Shown here piece by piece: positions 49,168 to 58,159 of a stretch of 64,000 bases of DNA; position 1 is the first letter of the stretch; every line of letters starts with the position of its first letter. The DNA is taken from positions 586,561 to 650,560 of the forward strand of contig CP066697.1 in NCBI GenBank assembly GCA_016432625.1, written 5' to 3'. The DNA is from Candidatus Berkelbacteria bacterium (GTDB lineage: Bacteria; Patescibacteriota; UBA1384; 2-12-FULL-50-11). The position numbers and the translations under genes were made by a program. The notes under the pieces were generated by a model, which worked only from the letters and a program-made list of their open reading frames with translations, made no database searches and was not told the DNA's origin.

Positions 49168-52041
49168 TCAAGACTTATCGAATTTGACAAAGAGAGCTTC
49201 GTCGCCTGACGACTCTAGTCCAACCTTGCTCTCGGCAACGTTCAGTCCTGCTAAACCACTTGCTGTAGCGACGTCTTTAGCGCGGGTTTGGAAAATATTT
49301 AGGTAGGCTTCGTCTGACGTAAAGTAAGTGAGTGCGGCTTTCTCACCAACAACAAGACCGGCTTTTTTACGTGCATCTTGCAGCAGACGGATAAGCTCGC
49401 GGTACCGTCCTTCCGCCTCAAGTTCTGGCGTCAACTTTGTTTCAAGCCGGATCATGCCGCCTTCAACGTTGACGCGGAACCAACCCTCATCGGCCTTGTC
49501 TTGAAAGTCGACTTGCTGGACGTTGACTTCATCGCGGAGGATTTCGCTAAATTCTGGTCTGTTCTCGAGGTCGGTAAACCCTTTGACGCTCAAGCTAGAT
49601 AGTGGCTGACGCAGCGAGATGCCTTCCTGAGAACGTAACATGTGAGTGGTGGAGGCGATCGAACGAACCTGATCCATCAGGCGCAACAAATCGCTCTGCT
49701 CATTGATCGAGACCTCATCAGCCGTCGGATAGTTAGCTAGGTGCACCGATTCCTTTTCGGTCAAAGTCTGATAGATGTGCTCGGCGGTAAATGGCAGAAC
49801 TGGCGCGACGGCTTCGGCAAAGCGCACTAGCACGTTGTAGAGGGTCTGTAAGGCCGCTGCATCGCCAGCCACGAAACGATCACGGCTACGACGTATATAC
49901 CAGGTCGAGAGGTCTTCGATGAAGGGGCGGATAACCCTAGCGGCGCCTGGAAGATCGAAATTACCTAGACTCGCCTGGCTTGTCGCGATAAGCTCCTCAA
50001 GACGAAGACTGATCCAGCGGTCGAGCACATCTGTGCTTTGAGCTTCGGCTGGCTGCCAGGAGTGAGCTTTAGCGTAAGTGAGTAAATACCGAAACGAGTT
50101 ATGTAGGACGTTTAGAGCACGGGCAGAATCGCGAATGTCAGTTTCGCTGATAGCCATATCCTCCCCCTGCATCACCCGGCTCGACATAAAGTAAAGACGT
50201 AGCGCTTCGGCGCTATGTTTCTCTATTGTCGCCTTTGGGTCTGGGTAGTTGCCGTAGGATTTTGACATCTTGCGCCCATCGGTCCCAAAAAGGACGCCCG
50301 TAGTAACAACGTTACGAAAGGCGGCCGATTGCTTCAGAGCGTTGCCAAGAACGTGCAAATAATAAAACCATCCCCGAAGTTGCCCGGTGTATTCAATTAT
50401 AAAATCTGCCGGGAAGTGGGCCTCAAAAACTTCTTTATTCTCAAAGGGGTAATGATCTTGGGCGTACGGCATCGAGCCCGACTCGAACCAGCAATCGAGC
50501 ACTTCTTTTACCCGACGGGCTTTCTTGCCACTAGGCAGCGTCAGTTCAACTTGGTCGATAAACGGTCGGTGCAAGTCAGTTATCTTTTGGCCACTTAGCT
50601 TTTCTAATTCCTCGATCGAGCCTGGGACAAAGATTTCGCCGTCTTCTGTCTCCCAAACTGGAATTGGCGAGCCCCAGTAACGCGTTCGCGACAGCGACCA
50701 GTCCGGTGCAGTTTCAAGATTGTGGCGGAAGCGACCAGAGCCAAAATGCTCCGGCACCCATTTGATCTGTTCGTTAGTTTTTAGTAGCTCATCGCGTAGC
50801 GGATCAATCCGCAGATACCAGGAAACCTGGGCCTTATAGATAAGCGGCGTCTCGCAGCGGTAGCAATGCGGGTATGAGTGCGCGATAGATTCTTGTTTGA
50901 ATAACAAACCGCGTTTCTCAAGATCAGCCGTCACGATCGGATCGGCTTTTTTGTAGTAAAGCCCCGCCAATGGCTCGCCGAGTTCTGGTTTGAAATGGCC
51001 TTGGTCGTCAAGCGTTTCGAGCACTGTTAAACCGACTTGTTCGCCGAGCGTTGAGTCGTCTTCGCCAAATCCCGGTGCGATGTGAACAATTCCGGTACCC
51101 TCCTCCATGCTAACGAACGTCGCAGGATAAACCTTATAGTCAGTCTCACTGTTGGCAGCGTTGTGAGGAAAAAGTGGCTCGTACTGTTGGCCAAGTAGCT
51201 TTTCGCCTTTAAAGCGCTCAACAATTTCTAGATCAAGGTCCCCGTAACGCTCCAGCGCTTGATGGGCAAGGATGTAACGCTTCTCTCCGTCCGTAACCTT
51301 GACGTACTCAGCCTCGGGGTCAACGGCCAGGCCGAAATTAGCCGGCAAGGTCCAAGGCGTTGTCGTCCACGCGAGTAACGAGACGTCGTCGCCCTCAGCC
51401 CGGAAGGCAACCGTAACACCAGGATCGGTGACATCGCGGTAGCTACCTTCATCCATCGTGACCTCAAACTTACTTAGGGGCGTGGCGCAGCGTGGGCAAT
51501 ACAGCGAAGTGCGACGGCCACGGTAAATCAAATCTTTGTCATACAACTGTTTAAACGCCCACATCACCGACTCCATGTACGCCAAATTGTCGGTACGATA
51601 GGCGTTTTCCATATCAACCCAGCGGCCGATATGATCGATATACCAGCGCCAAGCAAGGGACGTTTCGGCTACATACTTGCGACACTCTGAAATGAATTTC
51701 TCCACTCCCAGCGCCTCGATATCTTTTTTAGTTTTTAAGCCCAACTTCTTCTCTACCTGATTCTCCGCCGGTAAGCCGTGTACGTCCCAGCCCCAGATGC
51801 GGCGGACGTACTTGCCCTTCATTGTTTGGTAGCGCGGAATTACATCTTTGGCGATTGTCGGTAGGAGCGTCCCCCAGTGCGGCATGCCAGTAATAAACGG
51901 TGGCCCGTCGTAAAACGAGAAAACTTCGCCCCCAGAATTTTTCGCTAAGGATTTGGCATAAATATCGTTCTTAGACCAATAGCTAAGGACGGACTCTTCG
52001 AGCTCAAATAACGACTTGAACGGTTCGGCCTCAAACTTCAT
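49168..52041 (-). CDS. ileS: Isoleucine--tRNA ligase (type 2, eukaryote-like)
   Basis: FYDGPPF, GWDVHGLP, WTTTPWTLP, DWSLSRTRYWG, WFESGSMP, GQLRGWF, KMSKS. Start set at ATG 52041; the longer ORF overlaps hisS. Confidence 0.97.
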   Translation of the reverse strand: MKFEAEPFKSLFELEESVLSYWSKNDIYAKSLAKNSGGEVFSFYDGPPFITGMPHWGTLLPTIAKDVIPRYQTMKGKYVRRIWGWDVHGLPAENQVEKKLGLKTKKDIEALGVEKFISECRKYVAETSLAWRWYIDHIGRWVDMENAYRTDNLAYMESVMWAFKQLYDKDLIYRGRRTSLYCPRCATPLSKFEVTMDEGSYRDVTDPGVTVAFRAEGDDVSLLAWTTTPWTLPANFGLAVDPEAEYVKVTDGEKRYILAHQALERYGDLDLEIVERFKGEKLLGQQYEPLFPHNAANSETDYKVYPATFVSMEEGTGIVHIAPGFGEDDSTLGEQVGLTVLETLDDQGHFKPELGEPLAGLYYKKADPIVTADLEKRGLLFKQESIAHSYPHCYRCETPLIYKAQVSWYLRIDPLRDELLKTNEQIKWVPEHFGSGRFRHNLETAPDWSLSRTRYWGSPIPVWETEDGEIFVPGSIEELEKLSGQKITDLHRPFIDQVELTLPSGKKARRVKEVLDCWFESGSMPYAQDHYPFENKEVFEAHFPADFIIEYTGQLRGWFYYLHVLGNALKQSAAFRNVVTTGVLFGTDGRKMSKSYGNYPDPKATIEKHSAEALRLYFMSSRVMQGEDMAISETDIRDSARALNVLHNSFRYLLTYAKAHSWQPAEAQSTDVLDRWISLRLEELIATSQASLGNFDLPGAARVIRPFIEDLSTWYIRRSRDRFVAGDAAALQTLYNVLVRFAEAVAPVLPFTAEHIYQTLTEKESVHLANYPTADEVSINEQSDLLRLMDQVRSIASTTHMLRSQEGISLRQPLSSLSVKGFTDLENRPEFSEILRDEVNVQQVDFQDKADEGWFRVNVEGGMIRLETKLTPELEAEGRYRELIRLLQDARKKAGLVVGEKAALTYFTSDEAYLNIFQTRAKDVATASGLAGLNVAESKVGLESSGDEALFVKFDKS

Positions 52042-53266
52042 ACTCGGTCCGTCTGTAAGAGCGCTGAGCGCCGCTTGAAAGGTCCTTGACGACAATCTGA
52101 CCCTGTCGCCATTCCTCGCCTGTCGGCAGGTATATTTCGGCGTAGCCTTTTTTGTCAGCGTATTTAATCTGTTTGCCGAGCGGGATGGCGCTGTCTGGAA
52201 AAACCTCAACGATCTTGCCTAAGCCGCGAAGTTTGCGGGCCCAGGCGCGCGTCTCGTTTTCCGTCTCCGGTAGCAAGACAATAAATATCTCGCCTTCTCG
52301 GATGAATTCGGTCGTTACATCAACTAAACGATCGACGCCAAATGAGATGCCGACGGCGGGAATTTTCTCACCAGTTAAGTCTTCGACCAACGAGTCGTAG
52401 CGGCCGCCGCCGATAACCGAGCCAACCTCAACTTCGGCGTCTTTAACGGAAGCCTCGATGATCGTCCCGGTGTAGTAGTCCAGACCCCGAACCATACTCG
52501 GCGCGTAATTGACGTCTAGCCCAAGAGTTTTAGCGTACGAGAGCAGACTAGCCAAGTCGCTCACTACCTCTTCGCCGACTAATTTTGCCGTGGCATCGAG
52601 CGTAGGCTTATCGGAGAGAAATATCCCCTGCATTTGACGTAATTGATTCGCGGTGAGGCCGGTTACGAGCAACTCTTTGCTGAGAGCTTCTTCGGAGATC
52701 TTCGCTTTCTTGTCGAGCGTGCGCAATACTTTGCCTCTTATCGCCATCTCAACCTTGAGTTCATCAAAAATTCTAGCGACTAAACGACGATCATTGAGCT
52801 CGACAGTAAATTCAGCGATTACCGCTTCGGCGGCGGCGATGATCTCCAATAGCTCGCGTTCTGCCCCGAGCGAGGCCACGCCGACGATATCGACATCGGC
52901 CTGAGTAAACTGGCGAAGCCGACCGGCCTGAGCCTTCTCGGCTCGCCAACTTGAGCCAATCTCGTACCTTTTGAATGGCAAGTTCAGCGATTGGCGGTTC
53001 GCGGCGACGTACCTCGCAAGAGGCACCGTCAGGTCGAAACGCAAGCCAACCGATCGTTTGCCATTATCTTCAAAGAGGTAGAGTTGTTTTTGGCCTTCTT
53101 CGCCGTACTTATTGAGCAGGATGTCTTGTCGCTCCAGCGCTGGAGTGTCCATGGAGATAAAGCCGAAGGACTCGAAAATCTCGCGTAAACGACTAGCTAT
53201 CTCGTACTTGGGCGAGCCGACAAGGTCACGAAAACCGCTCAAAGGCTGAAGTTGTTGGCTATCCAT
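52031..53266 (-). CDS. hisS: Histidine--tRNA ligase
   Basis: GFRD, LRFDLTVP, RAEKAQAGRLRQFTQ.D.D, RGLDYYTG, GGGRYD. Confidence 0.97.
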   Translation of the reverse strand: MDSQQLQPLSGFRDLVGSPKYEIASRLREIFESFGFISMDTPALERQDILLNKYGEEGQKQLYLFEDNGKRSVGLRFDLTVPLARYVAANRQSLNLPFKRYEIGSSWRAEKAQAGRLRQFTQADVDIVGVASLGAERELLEIIAAAEAVIAEFTVELNDRRLVARIFDELKVEMAIRGKVLRTLDKKAKISEEALSKELLVTGLTANQLRQMQGIFLSDKPTLDATAKLVGEEVVSDLASLLSYAKTLGLDVNYAPSMVRGLDYYTGTIIEASVKDAEVEVGSVIGGGRYDSLVEDLTGEKIPAVGISFGVDRLVDVTTEFIREGEIFIVLLPETENETRAWARKLRGLGKIVEVFPDSAIPLGKQIKYADKKGYAEIYLPTGEEWRQGQIVVKDLSSGAQRSYRRTEYEV

Positions 53267-53309
53267 GATAAGGACATTCTAACCTAAAAAGTCACACCCG
53301 CGCACTAGG

Positions 53310-54257
53310 TTAGAGGAAGCTAGTTGTGGGGACTGGCAGCTGGCGGTCCTCGGTGTTGCCGCTTAGAACACGGCAATTCTTACCGAATTGGAAGTAACGC
53401 ACTGCGCTGTAGCGCTCACGCAGGTTGGCCGAACCTATTGACCGTGCCTGATCCCAATACTCTTCCTTCTCCTTAGGGTTATCCTCCCGCGAAGGGGTCG
53501 CTCCGTCGTAAGTCTCGGTGCGCCAAAGTTGCCGGCGCAAGAACGACAGCAGCGCTTCTGGCAAGATGCTTAACATCTTCAAGTCGGCTTGGCGATAGCC
53601 CCGCAAGCGTTTGATTAAATTGGGCGCTAAAACCGGCTCAAGTAGGATCAAACCAGCCCAGCTATGGCCGGTTGGTTCGATAACGGCGCGAGCATGAACG
53701 AAACGATAACAGCAGGCCACTGGCAAGTAGCCGTGACTGCCAGAGCGCTGGGATAGCGCTTTAAGCTCTTGGCGCATCTTATCAGACATCACTTCCTTGC
53801 CGGCACCGTTGTATTTGACCTTGGACAGGATCTCGCCGATGTCGCCCATCATCACTGAAAGAATTTTGCCGTCTTTAGTTTCGAAAATTCTTTGTTCGCC
53901 CCATAAACTTAGACCGTGACAGTGAAGCAGTGTTGCCGCGGAGCGCTGCTCTATACCTAGGGTTGAAATGATAATCATTTCTAACGGCGTACCACTATTA
54001 CAGGTTTGATAACGGAACATGCTGAGATATTCTTCGAGCTGTTTTCTGGCGGTACTTGTAGGAGCGGTGGAATTTTTCTCAGTACTTGAGACCCCGGCCG
54101 GGATAAAACGGGCCGTTTGCCAAGCTGTGATTAGGGTGCCTAGTGGTTCGACGATTAGTAACGGCGGCTTATTTGTGTCGCGGCCGTGGCGCAGAAGCAC
54201 CAAGATAAACACGATTAGCAGCACAACCGGTACTAGCCAGAAGATTATCCCCTCCAT
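53310..54257 (-). CDS. Membrane-anchored protein resembling a degenerate P-type ATPase cytosolic (P/N) region
   Basis: One TM, then collinear degenerate motifs: VEPLGTL~VDKTGTL, TPLE~DPTE, MGDIGEIL~KGSPEKVL, HGYLPVACCY~QGYRLVALAY. Confidence 0.6.
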   Translation of the reverse strand: MEGIIFWLVPVVLLIVFILVLLRHGRDTNKPPLLIVEPLGTLITAWQTARFIPAGVSSTEKNSTAPTSTARKQLEEYLSMFRYQTCNSGTPLEMIIISTLGIEQRSAATLLHCHGLSLWGEQRIFETKDGKILSVMMGDIGEILSKVKYNGAGKEVMSDKMRQELKALSQRSGSHGYLPVACCYRFVHARAVIEPTGHSWAGLILLEPVLAPNLIKRLRGYRQADLKMLSILPEALLSFLRRQLWRTETYDGATPSREDNPKEKEEYWDQARSIGSANLRERYSAVRYFQFGKNCRVLSGNTEDRQLPVPTTSFL

Positions 54258-54273
54258 TTATTTCAATAATAGC

Positions 54274-55419
54274 TTAGTTCTTCTCGACTGGGGTAACAAT
54301 CAAAAGCCGATCATCATCAGCTTGAGGGTTAGTTCGGCCGTCGCGGTTGCTGGTTGTGACGTAAACGGAGCCATCGCCCTTGGCTAGAACGGCCCGTAAG
54401 CGACCGTACGTTTTATCAATTAGAACTTCTTGACTCGCGATCTTGCCGTCGATAATTTCGATTTTCTGTAGCTTCTGACTGCGCAAGCCGGCGAATATCG
54501 CGGTGTAGCGTAACTCCCAAATTTTTAGGCCCACAAAGTCGATGCCGGATGGCGCCCAAGTTTCATCGCCAGAGCCAAGTAACGGGGCAACGAAACCAGT
54601 GTGGTCAAGCGCGCCGCGCTTGGCGGTTGGCCAACCGTAGTTTTGACCTGGCTGGATGGCGTTCAGCTCGTCGTTTGCGGTTTCGCCGTGCTCGGTGGCG
54701 TACATCTCTTCAGTTAGACTGTGCCAAGTTAATCCTTGGGGATTACGGTGGCCGAGCGTATAGACAAGCGAGCCTTTCGTTGGATTATCATCCGGCACAC
54801 TGCCGTCGTCTTTTAGGCGCAAAATCTTCCCCTCAAGTCTCTTTGGATCCTGAGCTAGAGCCGGGCGAGCGGCGTCGCCTGTCAAGACATAGAGCAAGTC
54901 GTCTGGGCCGAAGCGCAACCGACCACCGTTATGAATCTGCCCGCCAGCCAGACCGTCAAGAATCGTCTTATTTTCGGTTAACTTGTTATTTTCAAAGACG
55001 TAACGGACCACTTTATTTTTCAGCTCGCCGCCGGTGCGGTAGGTGTAGTAAAGATAAAGCCAGTGATTCTCGGGGAATTTGGGGTGTAGAGCGATTCCGG
55101 TCAGCCCTGATTCAGAAACGGTGGCGACCGGCAACTCAGCGACAGTTTGAACGGTTTTCGTGTCCCAAAGTTTGAGCTTACCAGTGCGCTCGGTGATCAA
55201 GAGCCCTCCGTCAGGCAGCTGGGCCAAATCCCAGGGAATATCTAGACCAGTCAATAATACTTTTGTTTCCCAGGTAAATTGCTTCTCCTTGTAGAGGGGG
55301 CCTGATTTATTTGACGTTGCCTCTTGCTTAGTTGGTTGGATTGATGGCGTCAGTTGGCTACCAAGCAGTAGCAGCAGTAGAACCGCAAAATTCCACCACC
55401 AGATACTAACGTCTTTCAT
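54274..55419 (-). CDS. PQQ-dependent sugar (glucose/sorbosone) dehydrogenase family
   Basis: GLDIPW, TERTG, HNGGRLRFGPD, GHRNPQG, DELN..G.NYGWP, GRLR. Confidence 0.92.
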   Translation of the reverse strand: MKDVSIWWWNFAVLLLLLLGSQLTPSIQPTKQEATSNKSGPLYKEKQFTWETKVLLTGLDIPWDLAQLPDGGLLITERTGKLKLWDTKTVQTVAELPVATVSESGLTGIALHPKFPENHWLYLYYTYRTGGELKNKVVRYVFENNKLTENKTILDGLAGGQIHNGGRLRFGPDDLLYVLTGDAARPALAQDPKRLEGKILRLKDDGSVPDDNPTKGSLVYTLGHRNPQGLTWHSLTEEMYATEHGETANDELNAIQPGQNYGWPTAKRGALDHTGFVAPLLGSGDETWAPSGIDFVGLKIWELRYTAIFAGLRSQKLQKIEIIDGKIASQEVLIDKTYGRLRAVLAKGDGSVYVTTSNRDGRTNPQADDDRLLIVTPVEKN

Positions 55420-55451
55420 CGGTGATCCAAGTCTAGCACTAATAAGGCCTA

Positions 55452-55479
55452 AAGAAATGGGCGGCCCAAGAGGCCGCCC
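55452..55479 (-). terminator. Intrinsic terminator
   Basis: gggcggcc/ggccgccc stem followed by atttcttt on the minus strand. Confidence 0.7.
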
Positions 55480-55516
55480 GATTCAATTCATAGAGGAGCA
55501 ACGTGAGGCGTTTCGG

Positions 55517-56614
55517 CTAGTAGGCGATCAAGTCGGACAGTAGCCCGACGCGCTTGGCAGCCAGGGAAGCGATCCGCTCGACATCCTCATCCTCAACTCG
55601 CCGCTCGAAGCTGCGATAGCCAGACAAGCCGAAGCCTTGGCGCGTCGCCAGGCGGCTGATCTCCTCTACCTGCTCTGGCGAAACGTCCTTGCCGCAAGTG
55701 AACGCCTCGCAGCGTCCCTCCAGCGCCAGAACCATAGTCTCGCTCATGCAAGCGTAAGCGTCATAAGGCGGGAAGCCGAAGTTCAAGCCAAAACTTGGCT
55801 TGCCCGGCACTCGCACTACGCCGCCCTCGATGACCAAAACGTCTTGGCGCTCTTTCTGTACCCGGAAGCTGACGTCGCGTGGCCGAGCCACATCGACGAC
55901 AACCGTCCCAGGCGAGAGGTGCTCCGACTTAATGACGTCAGTATCGGAACTAGTGACCGAGATCACCAGGTGCGCTTTGCGAATGATGCCGACGTCGGTG
56001 GTGGCTGTACTCAGTGGCAGGCCGATCGATTCGGCTGCTGCTTGCGTTCGATCCAGGTCGCGACCGATCAAGTAGGTTACGGCGAATCGATCCTTGAGCA
56101 TCTGAGCACAAGTTTTGCCGATCGCGCCTGTAGCGCCAACCACCGCCAGTACCCCTTCGAACCTTAGGTCCAAATTGGGGTACAGGCGTCCAACGGCATC
56201 CATGCCAGCCTCGATCGCTGTGGCAACCGTGTAGCTGTTGCCGCTAGTGACTGGAACCCGGCTGCGGGCGTTAAGGGTAATTCCCCCATCGCCGATGCAC
56301 GCCGTGTGCGCGCCCAGGCCAACGACTTCGGCGCCTTCTTGGGCGGCGATTTCGATCGCCTTGAGAATCCTCTTGTAGGAGAACTCTAGAGGCAGTTTTT
56401 GTAGCATCCGTGTGGACATCGGCACGCCGACGAAAACACCCTGCGTCACTGCCCCTGTTGGGCTGGTGATGACGCTAGTGCGTCCAACAACAGACGGACC
56501 CTTCATCAGCATAAAGAGCTCGATCAACGGATCGGGCCAACGCTGAAGGAAGGGATAACGACGAGCGGCGTCCTTCGCAGTAACTGCGTGGACGATGAAG
56601 CCAAATTTCTTCAC
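55517..56614 (-). CDS. Acyl-ACP reductase-like / COG5322 predicted dehydrogenase
   Basis: FGFIVH, GLGA, TSGNSYT, VVGATGAIG (Rossmann), DVARPRDV, YACMSETMVLALEG; GGAGG RBS. Confidence 0.78.
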   Translation of the reverse strand: MKKFGFIVHAVTAKDAARRYPFLQRWPDPLIELFMLMKGPSVVGRTSVITSPTGAVTQGVFVGVPMSTRMLQKLPLEFSYKRILKAIEIAAQEGAEVVGLGAHTACIGDGGITLNARSRVPVTSGNSYTVATAIEAGMDAVGRLYPNLDLRFEGVLAVVGATGAIGKTCAQMLKDRFAVTYLIGRDLDRTQAAAESIGLPLSTATTDVGIIRKAHLVISVTSSDTDVIKSEHLSPGTVVVDVARPRDVSFRVQKERQDVLVIEGGVVRVPGKPSFGLNFGFPPYDAYACMSETMVLALEGRCEAFTCGKDVSPEQVEEISRLATRQGFGLSGYRSFERRVEDEDVERIASLAAKRVGLLSDLIAY

Positions 56615-56802
56615 GTTTTTCCTCCGAAAGTAAAAAGGTCACAGACCGTCGCTAAATTCTACTCGAATACTTGGTAAAAGTCAGTAACTTAGGCGCCGTA
56701 AATGTCTTGACCAAAATAAGAGCTCCGCCATTTTGGATATTGAAATTACCCGGAGTATCGCTCGACCTAACAGGTGCAAACGGGTAGAATGTTCAGGATA
56801 TT

Positions 56803-56876
56803 GGTCCCGTCGTCTAGTGGCCTAGGATATCTGGTTCTCATCCAGAAGATCACGGGTTCGAATCCCGTCGGGACCG
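56803..56876 (+). tRNA. trnE: tRNA-Glu (CTC); 3'-CCA not encoded
   Basis: Acceptor GGTCCCG/CGGGACC, anticodon arm TCTGG-TTCTCAT-CCAGA, T arm ACGGG-TTCGAAT-CCCGT. Confidence 0.95.
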
Positions 56877-56924
56877 CATTGTTCGGTGAAATGCACGCAA
56901 TTTGACAGCTTCCTTAGAGAAGCA

Positions 56925-56958
56925 ACAAAGCGCCTACGCCTACGCGGGGGCGTTTTGT
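56925..56958 (+). terminator. Probable terminator after tRNA-Glu
   Basis: acaaagcgcc/ggcgttttgt stem. Confidence 0.55.
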
Positions 56959-57039
56959 GAGATAACCCGAAATCCCAAACCTGAAGCGGTTCGACTCCCA
57001 CTGGGAGTCGACACGTAGCTCCATTGTGCTACTGTCCAT

Positions 57040-57582
57040 TTGATGGAATCGGCTGGTTTGGAGCGCATTGCTGACGCGATTGAAAATATCTCCCGAAACA
57101 ACTGGAGTTGGGTGGTGGGTGTAATTAGTTCAATCACGGCGGTCGTATCTGTTTGGGTTGCATTTCGTGCCGCAAAAACCTCACAAGAAACACAAATGGA
57201 TTTACTGCGACCCGTGATTGCGCCGATCTCAGAAGGATGGGTACACAACGGCAATCACATCAAATTCAAAATCAAGAATATCGGACAGGGCCCACTGACA
57301 AATCTCGCTTGTCCACAACGTAGCCTCGGAGCAGCGCCTAATTCCTCAAGTTTAGCCCCAAGTCAGGACACCGAAGTATGGATGGCGGGGAGCGCCGAAG
57401 ACGCACTGGCAAAAGCGGGTAGCATCCTCTTTCGCTATCAAGACACCTACGGACGCACTTGCGAGACAACAATAAAGCTGGCTGTAAGCAGGCAGGGCCC
57501 AGATCACACAACCAGCTACGATTTTGGATTACCTGAGAGATGGCCAAGCAAGTCGATCGTAGTAAAAAACACGTTGAACTAA
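57040..57582 (+). CDS. Hypothetical protein: N-terminal TM plus beta-rich domain
   Basis: 180-aa ORF with a TM, then LRPVI...IKNIGQGP...RYQDTYGR. Confidence 0.65.
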   Translation: MMESAGLERIADAIENISRNNWSWVVGVISSITAVVSVWVAFRAAKTSQETQMDLLRPVIAPISEGWVHNGNHIKFKIKNIGQGPLTNLACPQRSLGAAPNSSSLAPSQDTEVWMAGSAEDALAKAGSILFRYQDTYGRTCETTIKLAVSRQGPDHTTSYDFGLPERWPSKSIVVKNTLN

Positions 57583-57725
57583 CAAGGGAAAGAGCTCGTG
57601 AATTAGCTCATCTCATTTTGTTCTGTATTAAACAAACGCCCGATAAGCCCTGTGAAACTCCCTGTGAGCTGCAAAAGAGCAAGAAATGGGAGAATATTCG
57701 GGTTGTCTTTAACGACCCAGAATAG
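57540..57725 (+). CDS. Possible small hypothetical protein
   Basis: 61-aa ORF overlapping the end of the previous gene and ending before a hairpin; no recognised motif. Confidence 0.3.
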   Translation: MAKQVDRSKKHVELTRERARELAHLILFCIKQTPDKPCETPCELQKSKKWENIRVVFNDPE

Positions 57726-57749
57726 ACAGAGTCTCTTGGTTAAAGCGAG

Positions 57750-57778
57750 AGCCCTCTGATGGAACATCAAGAGGGCTC
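57750..57778. terminator. Hairpin between convergent small ORFs
   Basis: gagccctct-gat...atc-a-agagggctc inverted repeat. Confidence 0.6.
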
Positions 57779-57796
57779 GGAAGCGGCGAGGGTGGC

Positions 57797-57988
57797 CTAT
57801 GCGGTCATTTTGGCCGTTCTGACGGCAGCGATGCCATCGGGGCCACCCGGTTGGGCGACGGCGGGGCCGGCGTGCGAACGACGTTCGCGTTTCTTCAAGA
57901 TACGATACTCCTCCTCAGAGACGGGAGGGAACGGGTCAAGAATGAGTCGTCGTAGATCCTCGGGATCTTTCACATTGTATTGGTTCAC
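57797..57988 (-). CDS. Small hypothetical protein (63 aa)
   Basis: TTGACT-17-TAGGCT promoter, GGAGG 7 nt before GTG 57988, downstream hairpin. Confidence 0.55.
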   Translation of the reverse strand: MNQYNVKDPEDLRRLILDPFPPVSEEEYRILKKRERRSHAGPAVAQPGGPDGIAAVRTAKMTA

Positions 57989-58159
57989 GGCTAAGCCTCC
58001 GAGCATAGCCTATAACTTGCACTATCGTGAGTCAATGTGCGCTAGGCTTCGTTCAAGATAAACTCCGAATAGAGTTCTAGAAAAAACCTCAGTAGTGTTC
58101 TGGTTTGGATCTTTTCACTTCTCGGTTTACGGTGCGGACTTGTGTGCATGGGTCCGCAA

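Noticed and set aside
52042-52209. Apparent 56-aa N-terminal extension of IleRS overlapping hisS
   Set aside because: Longest-ORF artefact; ATG 52041 gives a typical short overlap.
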